64,000 bases of DNA from a virus: the IMG/VR virus record IMGVR_UViG_3300037117_000143, positions 4,447 to 68,446 of that record; one strand, written 5' to 3'. A program made the position numbers and the translations under genes. Under the pieces are notes generated by a model. It ran no database searches. It was not told where the DNA came from and saw nothing but the letters and a program-made list of their open reading frames with translations. Positions 1 through 8,773 of this stretch are shown piece by piece. Within the stretch, counting starts at the first letter, position 1. Each line of letters opens with the position of its first letter.

Positions 1-112
1 CCAGGGTACTGCGGAGAAGCAGCTGGTAATCTCGTTTGGGTTCAAGGACCGTGAGGCGTGTTTCGGCACCATCCTGCTCTCAGATGTGGAGACGTTCCTT
101 GGCGCGAGTTAA
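1..112 (+). CDS. C-terminal fragment of a gene running in from outside the window; probable glycosyltransferase-associated beta-propeller domain
   Basis: Frame 2 is open from base 2: QGTAEKQLVISFGFKDREACFGTILLSDVETFLGAS*. The LVISFGxxD blade resembles GH130-like propeller C-termini. It overlaps the next gene's TTG start. Confidence 0.45.
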   Translation, partial: QGTAEKQLVISFGFKDREACFGTILLSDVETFLGAS

Positions 113-779
113 AGTTCGTGTAGTCACCGCGTTCGTTCCGATCCCGGGCCACCCGCGCCCGCTGGCGGAGTACGAAGCGCTTGGTCAAAAGCTGAGCGGC
201 GCGCTTGGTCTTGCCGATCTTGCTGTCTACTATGACCGGATACCCGATCTCTGGTTGACCAAGTTCCTCGAGAAGTTGCCGTTTATGGAGCCCCCACTTA
301 GCTGGGCCACAGGCGACAACCCGAAGAAGAACAGCTTGGAGTACCATTGTGTCCAGCACCAGAAGTTCGAGTGGCTCGCGCGTGCAGCTAACGAAGATCA
401 GGAATCCGATACATTCGTATGGATGGATTACGGGATTTGTTCCCAGCCCGGCATCACCGGTGAGGTTGTCCAGGACTTACTTGGAAAGATACGAAAGAAT
501 GACTTTGCCATGCCCGGCTGCTGGGGGCCGACCCCTGAACCCATGGACGCATTCCCATGCTGGCGCTTCTGCGGCTCCCTGATGGTCGTACCGCGCGCAG
601 ACACGCACCGGATGCTGCAAATAGTGCAAGCGGTTACGCGCCTCTACGTGCGTTCCATGAAAAAGGTGACCTGGGAAGTCAATATGCTGGCCCGCTGCGA
701 GCCGATGCTGAAGAAGGTTGGCCTGCGCTGGTACCAAGCAGATCATAATGCCCTCCAATTTACTCGGTACGACCAATGA
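99..779 (+). CDS. WlaTC/HtrL-family glycosyltransferase-like protein
   Basis: Motifs VVTAF, QHQKFEWLARAA, FVWMDYGI, CWRFCGSL, WEVN, WYQADHN. TTG start at 99 after GGAGA. Confidence 0.7.
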   Translation: MARVKVRVVTAFVPIPGHPRPLAEYEALGQKLSGALGLADLAVYYDRIPDLWLTKFLEKLPFMEPPLSWATGDNPKKNSLEYHCVQHQKFEWLARAANEDQESDTFVWMDYGICSQPGITGEVVQDLLGKIRKNDFAMPGCWGPTPEPMDAFPCWRFCGSLMVVPRADTHRMLQIVQAVTRLYVRSMKKVTWEVNMLARCEPMLKKVGLRWYQADHNALQFTRYDQ

Positions 780-1159
780 AACGTACCCAGGCAACAAAGA
801 ATTGGTACAACAGAAATCGCGTATCAGAAAACGCCCGAAGTCGTGCGTACTACGCAGCAAACAAAAAGAAGATAGCGCTTGTCATGGCGCGCCGCCACTA
901 CATTCGGCTGTATGGCATTACGATCGCAGATCGCGATATTATGTTGGCTGCCCAAGGAAATGTGTGTGCCGCCTGCGGAAGTCCGGAACACGGCAATTCT
1001 TTGCCCGGTTGGGGCTGGGCTACTGACCACAACCACAAAACTGGGAAAGTTCGCGGGATCATCTGCTGCTCCTGCAACTTGACACTCGGGAATGCTCGTG
1101 AAGATACGAAGCGCTTGCGGCTTCTCGCTTTATATCTGGAGCGTCACTATGACCACTGA
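776..1159 (+). CDS. Endonuclease VII-type HNH homing endonuclease
   Basis: LYGIT...QGNVCAACG...DHNHKTGKVRGIICCSCN. Confidence 0.88.
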   Translation: MKRTQATKNWYNRNRVSENARSRAYYAANKKKIALVMARRHYIRLYGITIADRDIMLAAQGNVCAACGSPEHGNSLPGWGWATDHNHKTGKVRGIICCSCNLTLGNAREDTKRLRLLALYLERHYDH

Positions 1160-1853
1160 ATTGTGGACCATCTATCACGAGGCCAAGCCTCCAGTGCGTC
1201 CTGCCGGCGGGATCGTTAGACAGTACACGGTGCCCGCTCGCGGCAATATGTTGAGCTCACGCTTTGCTAGCATGAACGCATACTACGACGTGTGGCGCAT
1301 GCCGGCTATCCCCGGCATTATCGGTTTCCAGGCCTACCGCAAGCACTTCAACTTTCGCGATCACCACCTGACCGGCTGGGAAGAAGTCGCACCGAAGACT
1401 TTCTACGAGTACCAGGACTGGCTGTACAAATGGGATGGTGGCGCGATCGAGGACTTCCTGGACAAATATGACATGATCGTCCCGCCGCCGTTCGATCTTA
1501 CCGCGCAGGGAGGTTTAGACGAGGATTTTTGTCGGTCCCGTTCGTACGCTGACTGGGTGGCCTTTGTAAAGGTGGCGAGCAAATATCACGATTTTGACTA
1601 CAGCATCAACCACGTCACGAGCCACTGGTTCATTTGTAAGTGGGGCCTGTTCAGCGAGTTCATGGCCGTTTGGTGGAATGTGTTTAGGGAGTTAGAGCCA
1701 TGTATCGAGAGCAAAGATGCTGCGAGGAACATTCCTTACGCCTCACGGGCGTTGGACTTCCTCACAGAAAGATTCTTTACCCTGTGGCTAGCGAGCCGGT
1801 CGGACCTCCGGACAAAAACTTTCCCGTTGATGATATCGTGGGACGCCCGATGA
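1149..1853 (+). CDS. DUF4422-like (GT-A, galactofuranosyltransferase-related) glycosyltransferase
   Basis: IIGFQAYRKHF, YDMIVP, FICKW..F..F..WW, R..DFLTERFFTLW. ATG at 1149; ATGA overlap with the next gene. Confidence 0.65.
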   Translation: MTTELWTIYHEAKPPVRPAGGIVRQYTVPARGNMLSSRFASMNAYYDVWRMPAIPGIIGFQAYRKHFNFRDHHLTGWEEVAPKTFYEYQDWLYKWDGGAIEDFLDKYDMIVPPPFDLTAQGGLDEDFCRSRSYADWVAFVKVASKYHDFDYSINHVTSHWFICKWGLFSEFMAVWWNVFRELEPCIESKDAARNIPYASRALDFLTERFFTLWLASRSDLRTKTFPLMISWDAR

Positions 1854-2476
1854 ACCCGATCATCCTGATCCACGCCACCCCTGCCGATGAGAGGCGCGGC
1901 CTTGTGCAGGCGATCAGGGAGACGTGGCTTGCCGGTTGGGGCGCTATTATCCCGCACCGCTTCATCTACGACCGTACTCGCACAGGCACGGTACAAGAAG
2001 ACGAGTGGGTATTTGACGTTGACCCAGGATATTGGGTAATGATGCGCAAGACACAGGCTGCGGTGACCTTGGCGGCCGCAAACGGATACTCACATGCCTT
2101 CGTTATCTGTTCCGACACTTACGTTGTTATCTCCCGCTTATTGGCTTCGGGATACGAGGACCATCACTACTCGGGACACCGAGCGGATGAGGGCCATGCT
2201 GGCGGCGGCTGCGGATACTGGCTTGATTTACGCGCCATGTATCGGATCATCGACGCCCGCGTCTTCAGCGACTACGAAGACCGGTGGGTCGGAATCGTCC
2301 TGAAAGAGGCCGGCATCGAGTGTTTCCACGATCCCAGATATTGGGGGGCTGTGCATCCGTATCTGGATGGGATCATAACGGTGCATCTGCACCAAGGTGA
2401 CGGGGTGCTAGATCCACAAGCACTCCGTGATCAGCACACGGCTTTCAGGACGGACGGTGAAGTATGCGCGCATTAA
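1850..2476 (+). CDS. GT31/Fringe-like glycosyltransferase
   Basis: R..AIRETW, KTQA, degenerate DxD (CSDTYV), GGGCGYWL, EDRWVG..L, ITVHL. Confidence 0.7.
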   Translation: MNPIILIHATPADERRGLVQAIRETWLAGWGAIIPHRFIYDRTRTGTVQEDEWVFDVDPGYWVMMRKTQAAVTLAAANGYSHAFVICSDTYVVISRLLASGYEDHHYSGHRADEGHAGGGCGYWLDLRAMYRIIDARVFSDYEDRWVGIVLKEAGIECFHDPRYWGAVHPYLDGIITVHLHQGDGVLDPQALRDQHTAFRTDGEVCAH

Positions 2477-3474
2477 TCACTGGAGCCGGCGGTTCAATCG
2501 GCTGCCACGTCCTTCGCCATCTTATGGCTAACACCGACTGGGATATCATCGCTATAGACAGTTTTCGCCACAAGGGTCTTACAGATCGAATTGAACGAGT
2601 AACGTTCAAGCACCCAGAGACACGAGAGCGGCTTAGCGTGTTTACGCACGACCTGCAGGCACCGTTCAGCCCCATGCTCACCAAGAAAATAGGCCATGTG
2701 GACTACATTTTTAATTTAGCGGCGATGTCAGATGTGGACGATTCGCTTGAGCATCCCTACTTCAATATCCGAGCCAATTGTGAGATCATGCTTAATGTCC
2801 TCGAATACGCCAGACAGGTCAAGCCTAAGGCCTTCCTGCACGTAAGCACTGACGAGGTTTTCGGGCCTAGCGACGGTGAGCGCTACCACCCCGAGTGGGA
2901 TGCCATTATCCCTTCTAATCCATATTCGGCATCCAAAGCGGCACAGGAAGCGTTTGCGTGCGGCTACTGGAGAGCATACCAATTGCCATTGATTCTCACA
3001 AATTTCATGAATCAGTTTGGCGAAATGCAAAGTGTTGCCAAGTTCCCCGCGATCTGCATTCGGAAGATCATGCGCGGCGAGACGGTGACGATCCACGGCT
3101 CACCCGATGCAATCGGCTCGCGTTTCTACATGCACGCGCGCAACGCGGCCGACGCCATGTTGTTCCTCGTTAAAAAGACTATGCCCTACCTCCACGAAGA
3201 GGGTGAGGTCGATCGTCCTGACCGCTACAACGTTGTCGGTAGCCAGCGCGTTACCAATTTAGATTTCGCCAAACTAGTTGCGAAATATCTCGATAAACCC
3301 TTGCATTTTAATTGGTCCGACTTTAAGGTCGCTAGGCCTGGGCACGATTGGCACTACGGTTTAGATGGAACGAAGCTACACGATCTTGGTTGGTATCCCC
3401 CGATCTCGTTTGAAGAGTCTCTGCAAAATACTGTGGCCTGGTATCAAAGGAATAAATCGTGGCTAGACATATAA
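2464..3474 (+). CDS. rfbB: dTDP/NDP-glucose 4,6-dehydratase (extended SDR)
   Basis: GAGGSIG Rossmann motif, LAAMSDVD.S, STDEVFG, PSNPYSASKAAQE, RPGHDWHY.LD..K. Confidence 0.85.
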   Translation: MRALITGAGGSIGCHVLRHLMANTDWDIIAIDSFRHKGLTDRIERVTFKHPETRERLSVFTHDLQAPFSPMLTKKIGHVDYIFNLAAMSDVDDSLEHPYFNIRANCEIMLNVLEYARQVKPKAFLHVSTDEVFGPSDGERYHPEWDAIIPSNPYSASKAAQEAFACGYWRAYQLPLILTNFMNQFGEMQSVAKFPAICIRKIMRGETVTIHGSPDAIGSRFYMHARNAADAMLFLVKKTMPYLHEEGEVDRPDRYNVVGSQRVTNLDFAKLVAKYLDKPLHFNWSDFKVARPGHDWHYGLDGTKLHDLGWYPPISFEESLQNTVAWYQRNKSWLDI

Positions 3475-4721
3475 ACACTACGCACGGTCGAGCTGAGATA
3501 ACCCGATGCGAGGTGTGCGGCAACAATAACCTGCCAACCGTTTTCGACCTCGGCATGCACCCGCTGCCGGACGACTTGGTGAAGATCGGCGACGATCGCG
3601 TCTGCGCCGAGTACCCACTCGAGGTTCTATTCTGCGATCGTTGTAAGACAGCGCACCAGAAATACCAGCTCCCACGGGAGCAGCTTTTTTTCCCGGAGTA
3701 TCACTACCGCGGCGGCCAGACCCAGGATGTGCTCTCGGGCATGGAGCAACTCGTCGACTCGGTTGAAGAGCATTTCTCCGTCCGCGGCGCGCGCGTGCTG
3801 GACGTCGGTTGTAACGATGGCAGCCTGCTCGATGCGTTCCGCCGGCGCGGGGTCATCACGTCTGGGATTGAGCCGACCGATGCTGCCAAGGAAGCCCAGG
3901 AGAAGGGTCACGCTGTCATGCATACGTTCTTCGATTGTCAATCCGCGGTTGACTATCTGAGGCATCACCTGCCGCCGGACGTCATCACGTTCACGAACGT
4001 GTTCGCGCACATTGAGGATCTGGAAGAGTTGCTCGCGGCGCTGCGGATTATTAAGGCGCCATATACGCGTATCGTGGTTGAGAATCACTACCTTGGCTCC
4101 GTGCTCGATCGACACCAGTTTGACACGTTCTATCATGAGCACCTGCGCACCTACAGCTTTACTTCGTTTCTGCACATCGCCTTAAAATTGGATATGCGCG
4201 TTAGCACCGTGGAATTCCCCGCGCGCTACGGCGGCAATATTCGCGTGTTCATGGAGCCCGGTGAGGCGGTCCATGTAAGCGGCGAAGAGAGAGTGCTAGC
4301 CCGCGAGGAGAAGTTCGGCGATCGTCTGCAACATCTGAACACGCAGGTGGCGCACTGGGCGTCTAAAAAGCGTTCTAAACTAATAGGGTATATTATGGCG
4401 GACTACCCGGCCGTCACACCGCTCTCCGCTGTTGCCTTCCCCACGCGCGCATCAATCCTGATCCGCCTTCTCTACTTAAACGAGGAGCACATTGCCGCTG
4501 TGTACGAGAAGGAAGGGTCGAAGAAGATCGGATACTACGTGCCGGGCACGCGCATTCCAATTTTATCGGATAGCGGTGGGGACCTTGGAATTAGCCGAAT
4601 GGCTGGTCCACTTCTAAACTTGGCGTGGCACATTCCTGAAGAAATCGACAAACGCTGGCGCGGCACCCTTGACTACCACGGGGAGTTTATTCAGGTCATC
4701 GCGGAAGAGGATTTCAAATGA
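3459..4721 (+). CDS. NDP-hexose C-methyltransferase (Zn-binding N-terminus plus class I SAM domain)
   Basis: CEVCG, DLGMHPL, CDRC, VLDVGCNDGSLL, GIEP, TNVFAHI, QFDTFYHEH, YGGNIRV, KIGYYVPGTRIPI, LAWH. Confidence 0.88.
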   Translation: MARHINTTHGRAEITRCEVCGNNNLPTVFDLGMHPLPDDLVKIGDDRVCAEYPLEVLFCDRCKTAHQKYQLPREQLFFPEYHYRGGQTQDVLSGMEQLVDSVEEHFSVRGARVLDVGCNDGSLLDAFRRRGVITSGIEPTDAAKEAQEKGHAVMHTFFDCQSAVDYLRHHLPPDVITFTNVFAHIEDLEELLAALRIIKAPYTRIVVENHYLGSVLDRHQFDTFYHEHLRTYSFTSFLHIALKLDMRVSTVEFPARYGGNIRVFMEPGEAVHVSGEERVLAREEKFGDRLQHLNTQVAHWASKKRSKLIGYIMADYPAVTPLSAVAFPTRASILIRLLYLNEEHIAAVYEKEGSKKIGYYVPGTRIPILSDSGGDLGISRMAGPLLNLAWHIPEEIDKRWRGTLDYHGEFIQVIAEEDFK

Positions 4722-5290
4722 CGTCGCTATGCGAGCTCAGCCGGAAGTATGGCACCGACAAGGGTGGCGTGATGGAACCGACGCCGAATCATCGCGCCAA
4801 CCTGTTCCACGACTACACGCCGATCTACTACGACCTGATGAAGGACTGGGCGTCGGAGGCGTGGAACATTCTCGAGATTGGCGTTGCCGAGGGGCGCAGC
4901 GCGCGCATGTGGGCCGAGTTCTTCCCGAACGCGAAGATAACCGGGTTCGATATTGACCCGAAGAGCCTAGAAATTAAGGAGAACCGGATCCGCACCTTCT
5001 ACTGCGACCAGAGCGATAGTCGGTCTATCGCCAAGGCCCTCGGTGCTTCGTACAAACGGAACAAGAGCCTTTTTGACTACATCATCGATGACGGCTCTCA
5101 TATTTACGGGCATCAGATTATAACAATGCTTGGTCTGCTGCCAACCCTCAAATCCCATGGCATCTACTTCATTGAAGACCGCATTGACGAGGCGCCACCA
5201 GTTGAAGCTCCACAGGGCTGGACTAACAAGGTCTTTCGCTGGACCGATAAACCCCACAGCATGCTGCAAGTTATCAGGAGAGTTCAGTGA
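4718..5290 (+). CDS. Class I SAM-dependent methyltransferase (sugar O-methyltransferase-like)
   Basis: YGTDK, HDYTPIY, ILEIGV, W.EFFPNAKITGFDI, DQSD, FDYIIDDGSH, YFIED. Confidence 0.8.
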   Translation: MTSLCELSRKYGTDKGGVMEPTPNHRANLFHDYTPIYYDLMKDWASEAWNILEIGVAEGRSARMWAEFFPNAKITGFDIDPKSLEIKENRIRTFYCDQSDSRSIAKALGASYKRNKSLFDYIIDDGSHIYGHQIITMLGLLPTLKSHGIYFIEDRIDEAPPVEAPQGWTNKVFRWTDKPHSMLQVIRRVQ

Positions 5291-6252
5291 AGCGCTTCAA
5301 AGGCAAGACAGTCCTGATCACCGGCGCTGCCGGCTTTCTCGGTCGCCACTTGACCAAGAAATTCAAAGAGCTAGGCGCTCACGTTTACTCGCTCGACAAC
5401 TATATCACCGGTGCCGAGCATGACGAGTCAATTATGCCCGCTGACGTTACCAACCACACGGTGTTCGATGGTGCGCTCCACTACATCCTCCACGCCGCCG
5501 GCATCGCGTCTCCGGTTTTTTACGCCCAACACCCGCTGGAGACGATCGACGTTGCCGTGAAGGGCACGCGTAACATGCTTGTCCTCGCCGAGATGCATCC
5601 AGAGCTGGAAGGCTTCCTGTATTTCAGCTCGAGTGAGATCTATGGAGGTCCTCATGTCGTACCTACACCCGAAACGTACCGTGGAAATGTTAGCTGTACG
5701 GGGCCAAGAGCGTGTTATGATGAATCAAAGCGACTTGGGGAGACCCTATGTTCTATATACCACCAACAATACGGAGTTCCCGTTAGAACTGTTCGCCCAT
5801 TCAATATATTTGGGCCTGGCATGTCCCATGCGGATCGACGTGTCGTGCCCATGTTCACCTACGAGGCTCTTAATGATCGCCCTCTCCCTCTGTTTCGCGA
5901 TGGCAGGCAGACGCGTACGTTTTGCTATATCACCGATGCGATTGATGGATTTCTCAAGGTACTTTTGGACGGGCGCATAGGTGAGGCCTATAATATCGGC
6001 AACCCGAGCCCCGAGATTTCTATGCGAGATCTAACGCTCCTCTTCAAAGACTTCTTCCCGAAGTCGACCTACAAATCCATGCCATATCCCGACGAGTATC
6101 CGACCGACGAGCCCTTGCGTCGCTGTCCCGATGTCGTAAAAGCGTGGCGTGATGTCGGTTATCAGCCGCAGTGGACGCTTGCGCGCGGGCTCTGTGAATT
6201 CATCGAGTGGGCGCAGGAACAACCTTCCTATCGGGACTTAACGATTTCTTGA
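5287..6252 (+). CDS. UDP-glucuronate decarboxylase (UDP-xylose synthase)-like SDR
   Basis: GAAGFLG, LDNYITG, IASP..Y, SSSEIYG, GNVSCTGPRACYDESKR, QTRTFCYI.D, YNIGNP, DEPLRRCPD. Confidence 0.85.
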   Translation: MKRFKGKTVLITGAAGFLGRHLTKKFKELGAHVYSLDNYITGAEHDESIMPADVTNHTVFDGALHYILHAAGIASPVFYAQHPLETIDVAVKGTRNMLVLAEMHPELEGFLYFSSSEIYGGPHVVPTPETYRGNVSCTGPRACYDESKRLGETLCSIYHQQYGVPVRTVRPFNIFGPGMSHADRRVVPMFTYEALNDRPLPLFRDGRQTRTFCYITDAIDGFLKVLLDGRIGEAYNIGNPSPEISMRDLTLLFKDFFPKSTYKSMPYPDEYPTDEPLRRCPDVVKAWRDVGYQPQWTLARGLCEFIEWAQEQPSYRDLTIS

Positions 6253-6272
6253 CATGCACCTGATTACATGCT
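6238..6272 (+). promoter_or_regulatory. CtrA-box-like late promoter upstream of the head-gene operon
   Basis: TTAA-cgatttc-TTGA-N11-TTACAT. Confidence 0.5.
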
Positions 6273-6367
6273 GGCGGGCATAGCCCGCGAGGTCGTCGTA
6301 TGACGGCTGCCCGGCTAAGTCGACCGCAAGGTCCACAACAGAGCCGGGTTTAATTCAGGAGAGTTTC

Positions 6368-6688
6368 ATGGCGAAAGGTCCTTCAGTGACGGCGAAAGAT
6401 GGCGGAAGCCCCGCCTTCAGCTCTGGCAAGAAAACCAGTGCCGACGCGACCGAGAAGACCAAGAACGTTGACTTCGCCAAGGGTGGCGACACTCACATGT
6501 TCGGTTCAGGCGACCACACGAAGACCGCTCCGTCCGATGCAGCCGGCGAGCAGACGCCCGCTCAAACGGGTAAAGATAATGCTGGCGGCTCTGGTGACAA
6601 GTTCGCCAAAGGCGGCACGAACAAGATGTTCGGCTTCAGCGGCTCGCTACCGGCCACTGAAGGCATTTCGGCTGCTCGAAAGTCGTAA
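6368..6688 (+). CDS. Small Gly/Lys-rich phage protein with two FAKGG motifs
   Basis: Strong SD (CAGGAGAG); internal repeat FAKGGxx.MFG. Confidence 0.75.
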   Translation: MAKGPSVTAKDGGSPAFSSGKKTSADATEKTKNVDFAKGGDTHMFGSGDHTKTAPSDAAGEQTPAQTGKDNAGGSGDKFAKGGTNKMFGFSGSLPATEGISAARKS

Positions 6689-6690
6689 AC

Positions 6691-6927
6691 ATGGCGTTCA
6701 GTGTACCAAAGCCCAAGATGGGCGGCGGGGCACCTAAACCCGCTGCGGCGGCAAAGTTCGCCCTTGGATCTCGGCCCGCGTCTCTGCGTGACACTGGTCT
6801 TCCGCGCGTCAAGGCGCCGAAGCCGGCCGCCGCGCCGAATACACGGGACTACAGCACCAAAGGGGCGCCGGCGACCGCGCTCCAGCCGGGCAACCCGATG
6901 CCGCCTACGAACCAGGGGCCATTCTAA
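6691..6927 (+). CDS. Hypothetical Pro/Lys-rich protein
   Basis: Tightly packed ORF; TAATG coupling to the next gene. Confidence 0.6.
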   Translation: MAFSVPKPKMGGGAPKPAAAAKFALGSRPASLRDTGLPRVKAPKPAAAPNTRDYSTKGAPATALQPGNPMPPTNQGPF

Positions 6928-7157
6928 TGATGAAAAAGGACATGACCGCCCTCACCAAAGGCGGCCAGAAGACGGTTCACCAGGGGAAGGGCTCCAATAC
7001 GCAGCCATTGTCCCCTCACAATAATGTCAGTGCTAGCGGCTCCGCGCAGCCCGGCGCCGGCCTCAACAACTACGCGAAAAGTACGCCAATGGCAGGTCCT
7101 ACTCCGCCAGCTCCAAACGGGATCGGAAGTGGGACTTGGCCCGGAATCGGGCAATAA
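6927..7157 (+). CDS. Hypothetical protein
   Basis: TAATG-coupled on both sides. Confidence 0.6.
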   Translation: MMKKDMTALTKGGQKTVHQGKGSNTQPLSPHNNVSASGSAQPGAGLNNYAKSTPMAGPTPPAPNGIGSGTWPGIGQ

Positions 7158-7438
7158 TGTCAGATATTTGCACGCGTGTGAATATGCCGGGGTATGTTTG
7201 TTGGGGCGCCGGCAACAAGGCGTGGCTAGACACTTGCGACAAACAAGATATAGAGCACCACAAAGTCAAACTGCAGTACCATCATCTTGAAATTACAGAG
7301 GAAGATGTGACAAGAGGGGATACTGCTACCCGCTTAAAACTGTTCAATTTTATGAGTAACCCTCCTCCAGAATGTGAACGTGATGTCAGACTCCTACACC
7401 CCCCTGCGCGCCGCCGCCCTGCGGATGCGCAACGCTGA
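7157..7438 (+). CDS. Hypothetical protein
   Basis: ATG overlaps the previous stop; lower GC; overlaps the next ORF. Confidence 0.35.
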   Translation: MSDICTRVNMPGYVCWGAGNKAWLDTCDKQDIEHHKVKLQYHHLEITEEDVTRGDTATRLKLFNFMSNPPPECERDVRLLHPPARRRPADAQR

Positions 7439-7625
7439 TCCGCAGGCGTTCGCCGACTTCGTCGCTGAGCTCGAGAAGTTTGTCGGGCTGCTTTTGCTGG
7501 GCATGACCGAAGCACCACCTGACGCTATTTTCCTTGCTCAGGGCCAGGCGCGTGCCGCACGCGCCCTCTTAAGAGTTTTTAACGAATGTCACTTACAGTC
7601 TCCGAAGAAGCCCGGAGCGACCTAA
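7383..7625 (+). CDS. Conserved-type small head protein preceding the scaffold
   Basis: Helical ORF with AQGQARA motif; position between portal region and scaffold. Confidence 0.6.
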   Translation: MSDSYTPLRAAALRMRNADPQAFADFVAELEKFVGLLLLGMTEAPPDAIFLAQGQARAARALLRVFNECHLQSPKKPGAT

Positions 7626-7649
7626 TCCCTCCGCGCGCAGGAGGATGTT

Positions 7650-8732
7650 ATGGCCGCCACTCAGCTAGCCCCCATCGACGAATCAGTCAAAATCCCAGAA
7701 GCAGTACGGCGCGCCGCGGCCCTTGCCGAAGCGCACTATGCCAAACCCGCTGATCCCGCGCCGGCCGCGCCGCAACCCGCCAACCAACCCGCCAATAATC
7801 CGCAAAATCCCGACCAACCCCTTAATATCGTTGCGGTTCCGGCTCCCCAAGGCCCGACAGAACCGCGGCCGCTCTTAACCGAACCTGTTACCGAGCAGGT
7901 ACAAGTTGCACCTGTTGCACCTGTTGCACCGCCGCAAGTGGATCCTGCACAGCAACCTGAGAATTGGGAGCATCGCTATCACTCCATGAAGGGGCGCTAC
8001 GACCAGTCCCAGCAGATCCTGGGAGGCATGCAGGAGCAAATGAATCTGCAGAACCAGGAATTGCAGCGGCTCATAGCCCGCGTCGACCAGCGCCCGCCTG
8101 AGCCCGTACGCACCATCACGGCGGAAGACGAGAAGGTGTACGGTCCGGAATTGATCGACTTGGCGCGGCGCGCGGCGCGCGAAGAATTGCAGCCGCAAAT
8201 TGAGGCTGCTCGCCAGGAAAGCCATCGTTCTACGCAGCGCGCGCAAGCGATCTCCGAGCAGGATGTTCGCAACCAACTGGACGTCCAACTACCAAACTGG
8301 CGGTTGATAAATACCGACCCAGACTTCCTCCAGTGGCTATCTTTACCAGATATTTACTCTGGTGGTGTAAGACGCGGCCTGTTGACACAAGCATTCCAAG
8401 CGGCTTCGGCCCCTCGGGTGCTCGCGTTCTTCAAAGGTTATCTCGCTGAAGCACAGGCCACGGGTCAGCTCCCAGCGCAGCCGACGACAGCCGCCGCCCC
8501 GGCGCCTACTCGACAAGCTGCAGTATCGCTGGACACGCTTGTATCCCCTGGTAGGGCCCAGCCGGCTGCCGGATCTGATGGACAGCCGCCTGAAGCGCCG
8601 ATCTTCACGCACAAACAAATCCGCGAATTCTACACGAACGAGGGGCGAGCTCGCTACGTGGGTCGTCAGGCCGATCGGGATGCGGATGAAAAACTGATCT
8701 TCGAAGCCCAGAAAGCTGGGCGGGTTCGTTAA
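7650..8732 (+). CDS. Capsid scaffolding protein (putative)
   Basis: Directly upstream of the MCP; WEHRYHSMKGRYD, coiled coil, LPNWRLINTDPDFLQWL, C-terminal IFEAQKAGRVR; SD AGGAGG. Confidence 0.75.
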   Translation: MAATQLAPIDESVKIPEAVRRAAALAEAHYAKPADPAPAAPQPANQPANNPQNPDQPLNIVAVPAPQGPTEPRPLLTEPVTEQVQVAPVAPVAPPQVDPAQQPENWEHRYHSMKGRYDQSQQILGGMQEQMNLQNQELQRLIARVDQRPPEPVRTITAEDEKVYGPELIDLARRAAREELQPQIEAARQESHRSTQRAQAISEQDVRNQLDVQLPNWRLINTDPDFLQWLSLPDIYSGGVRRGLLTQAFQAASAPRVLAFFKGYLAEAQATGQLPAQPTTAAAPAPTRQAAVSLDTLVSPGRAQPAAGSDGQPPEAPIFTHKQIREFYTNEGRARYVGRQADRDADEKLIFEAQKAGRVR

Positions 8733-8773
8733 CCGGGGGGTACCACTGAGGGCCCCCACAACAGGGGGCTCAA

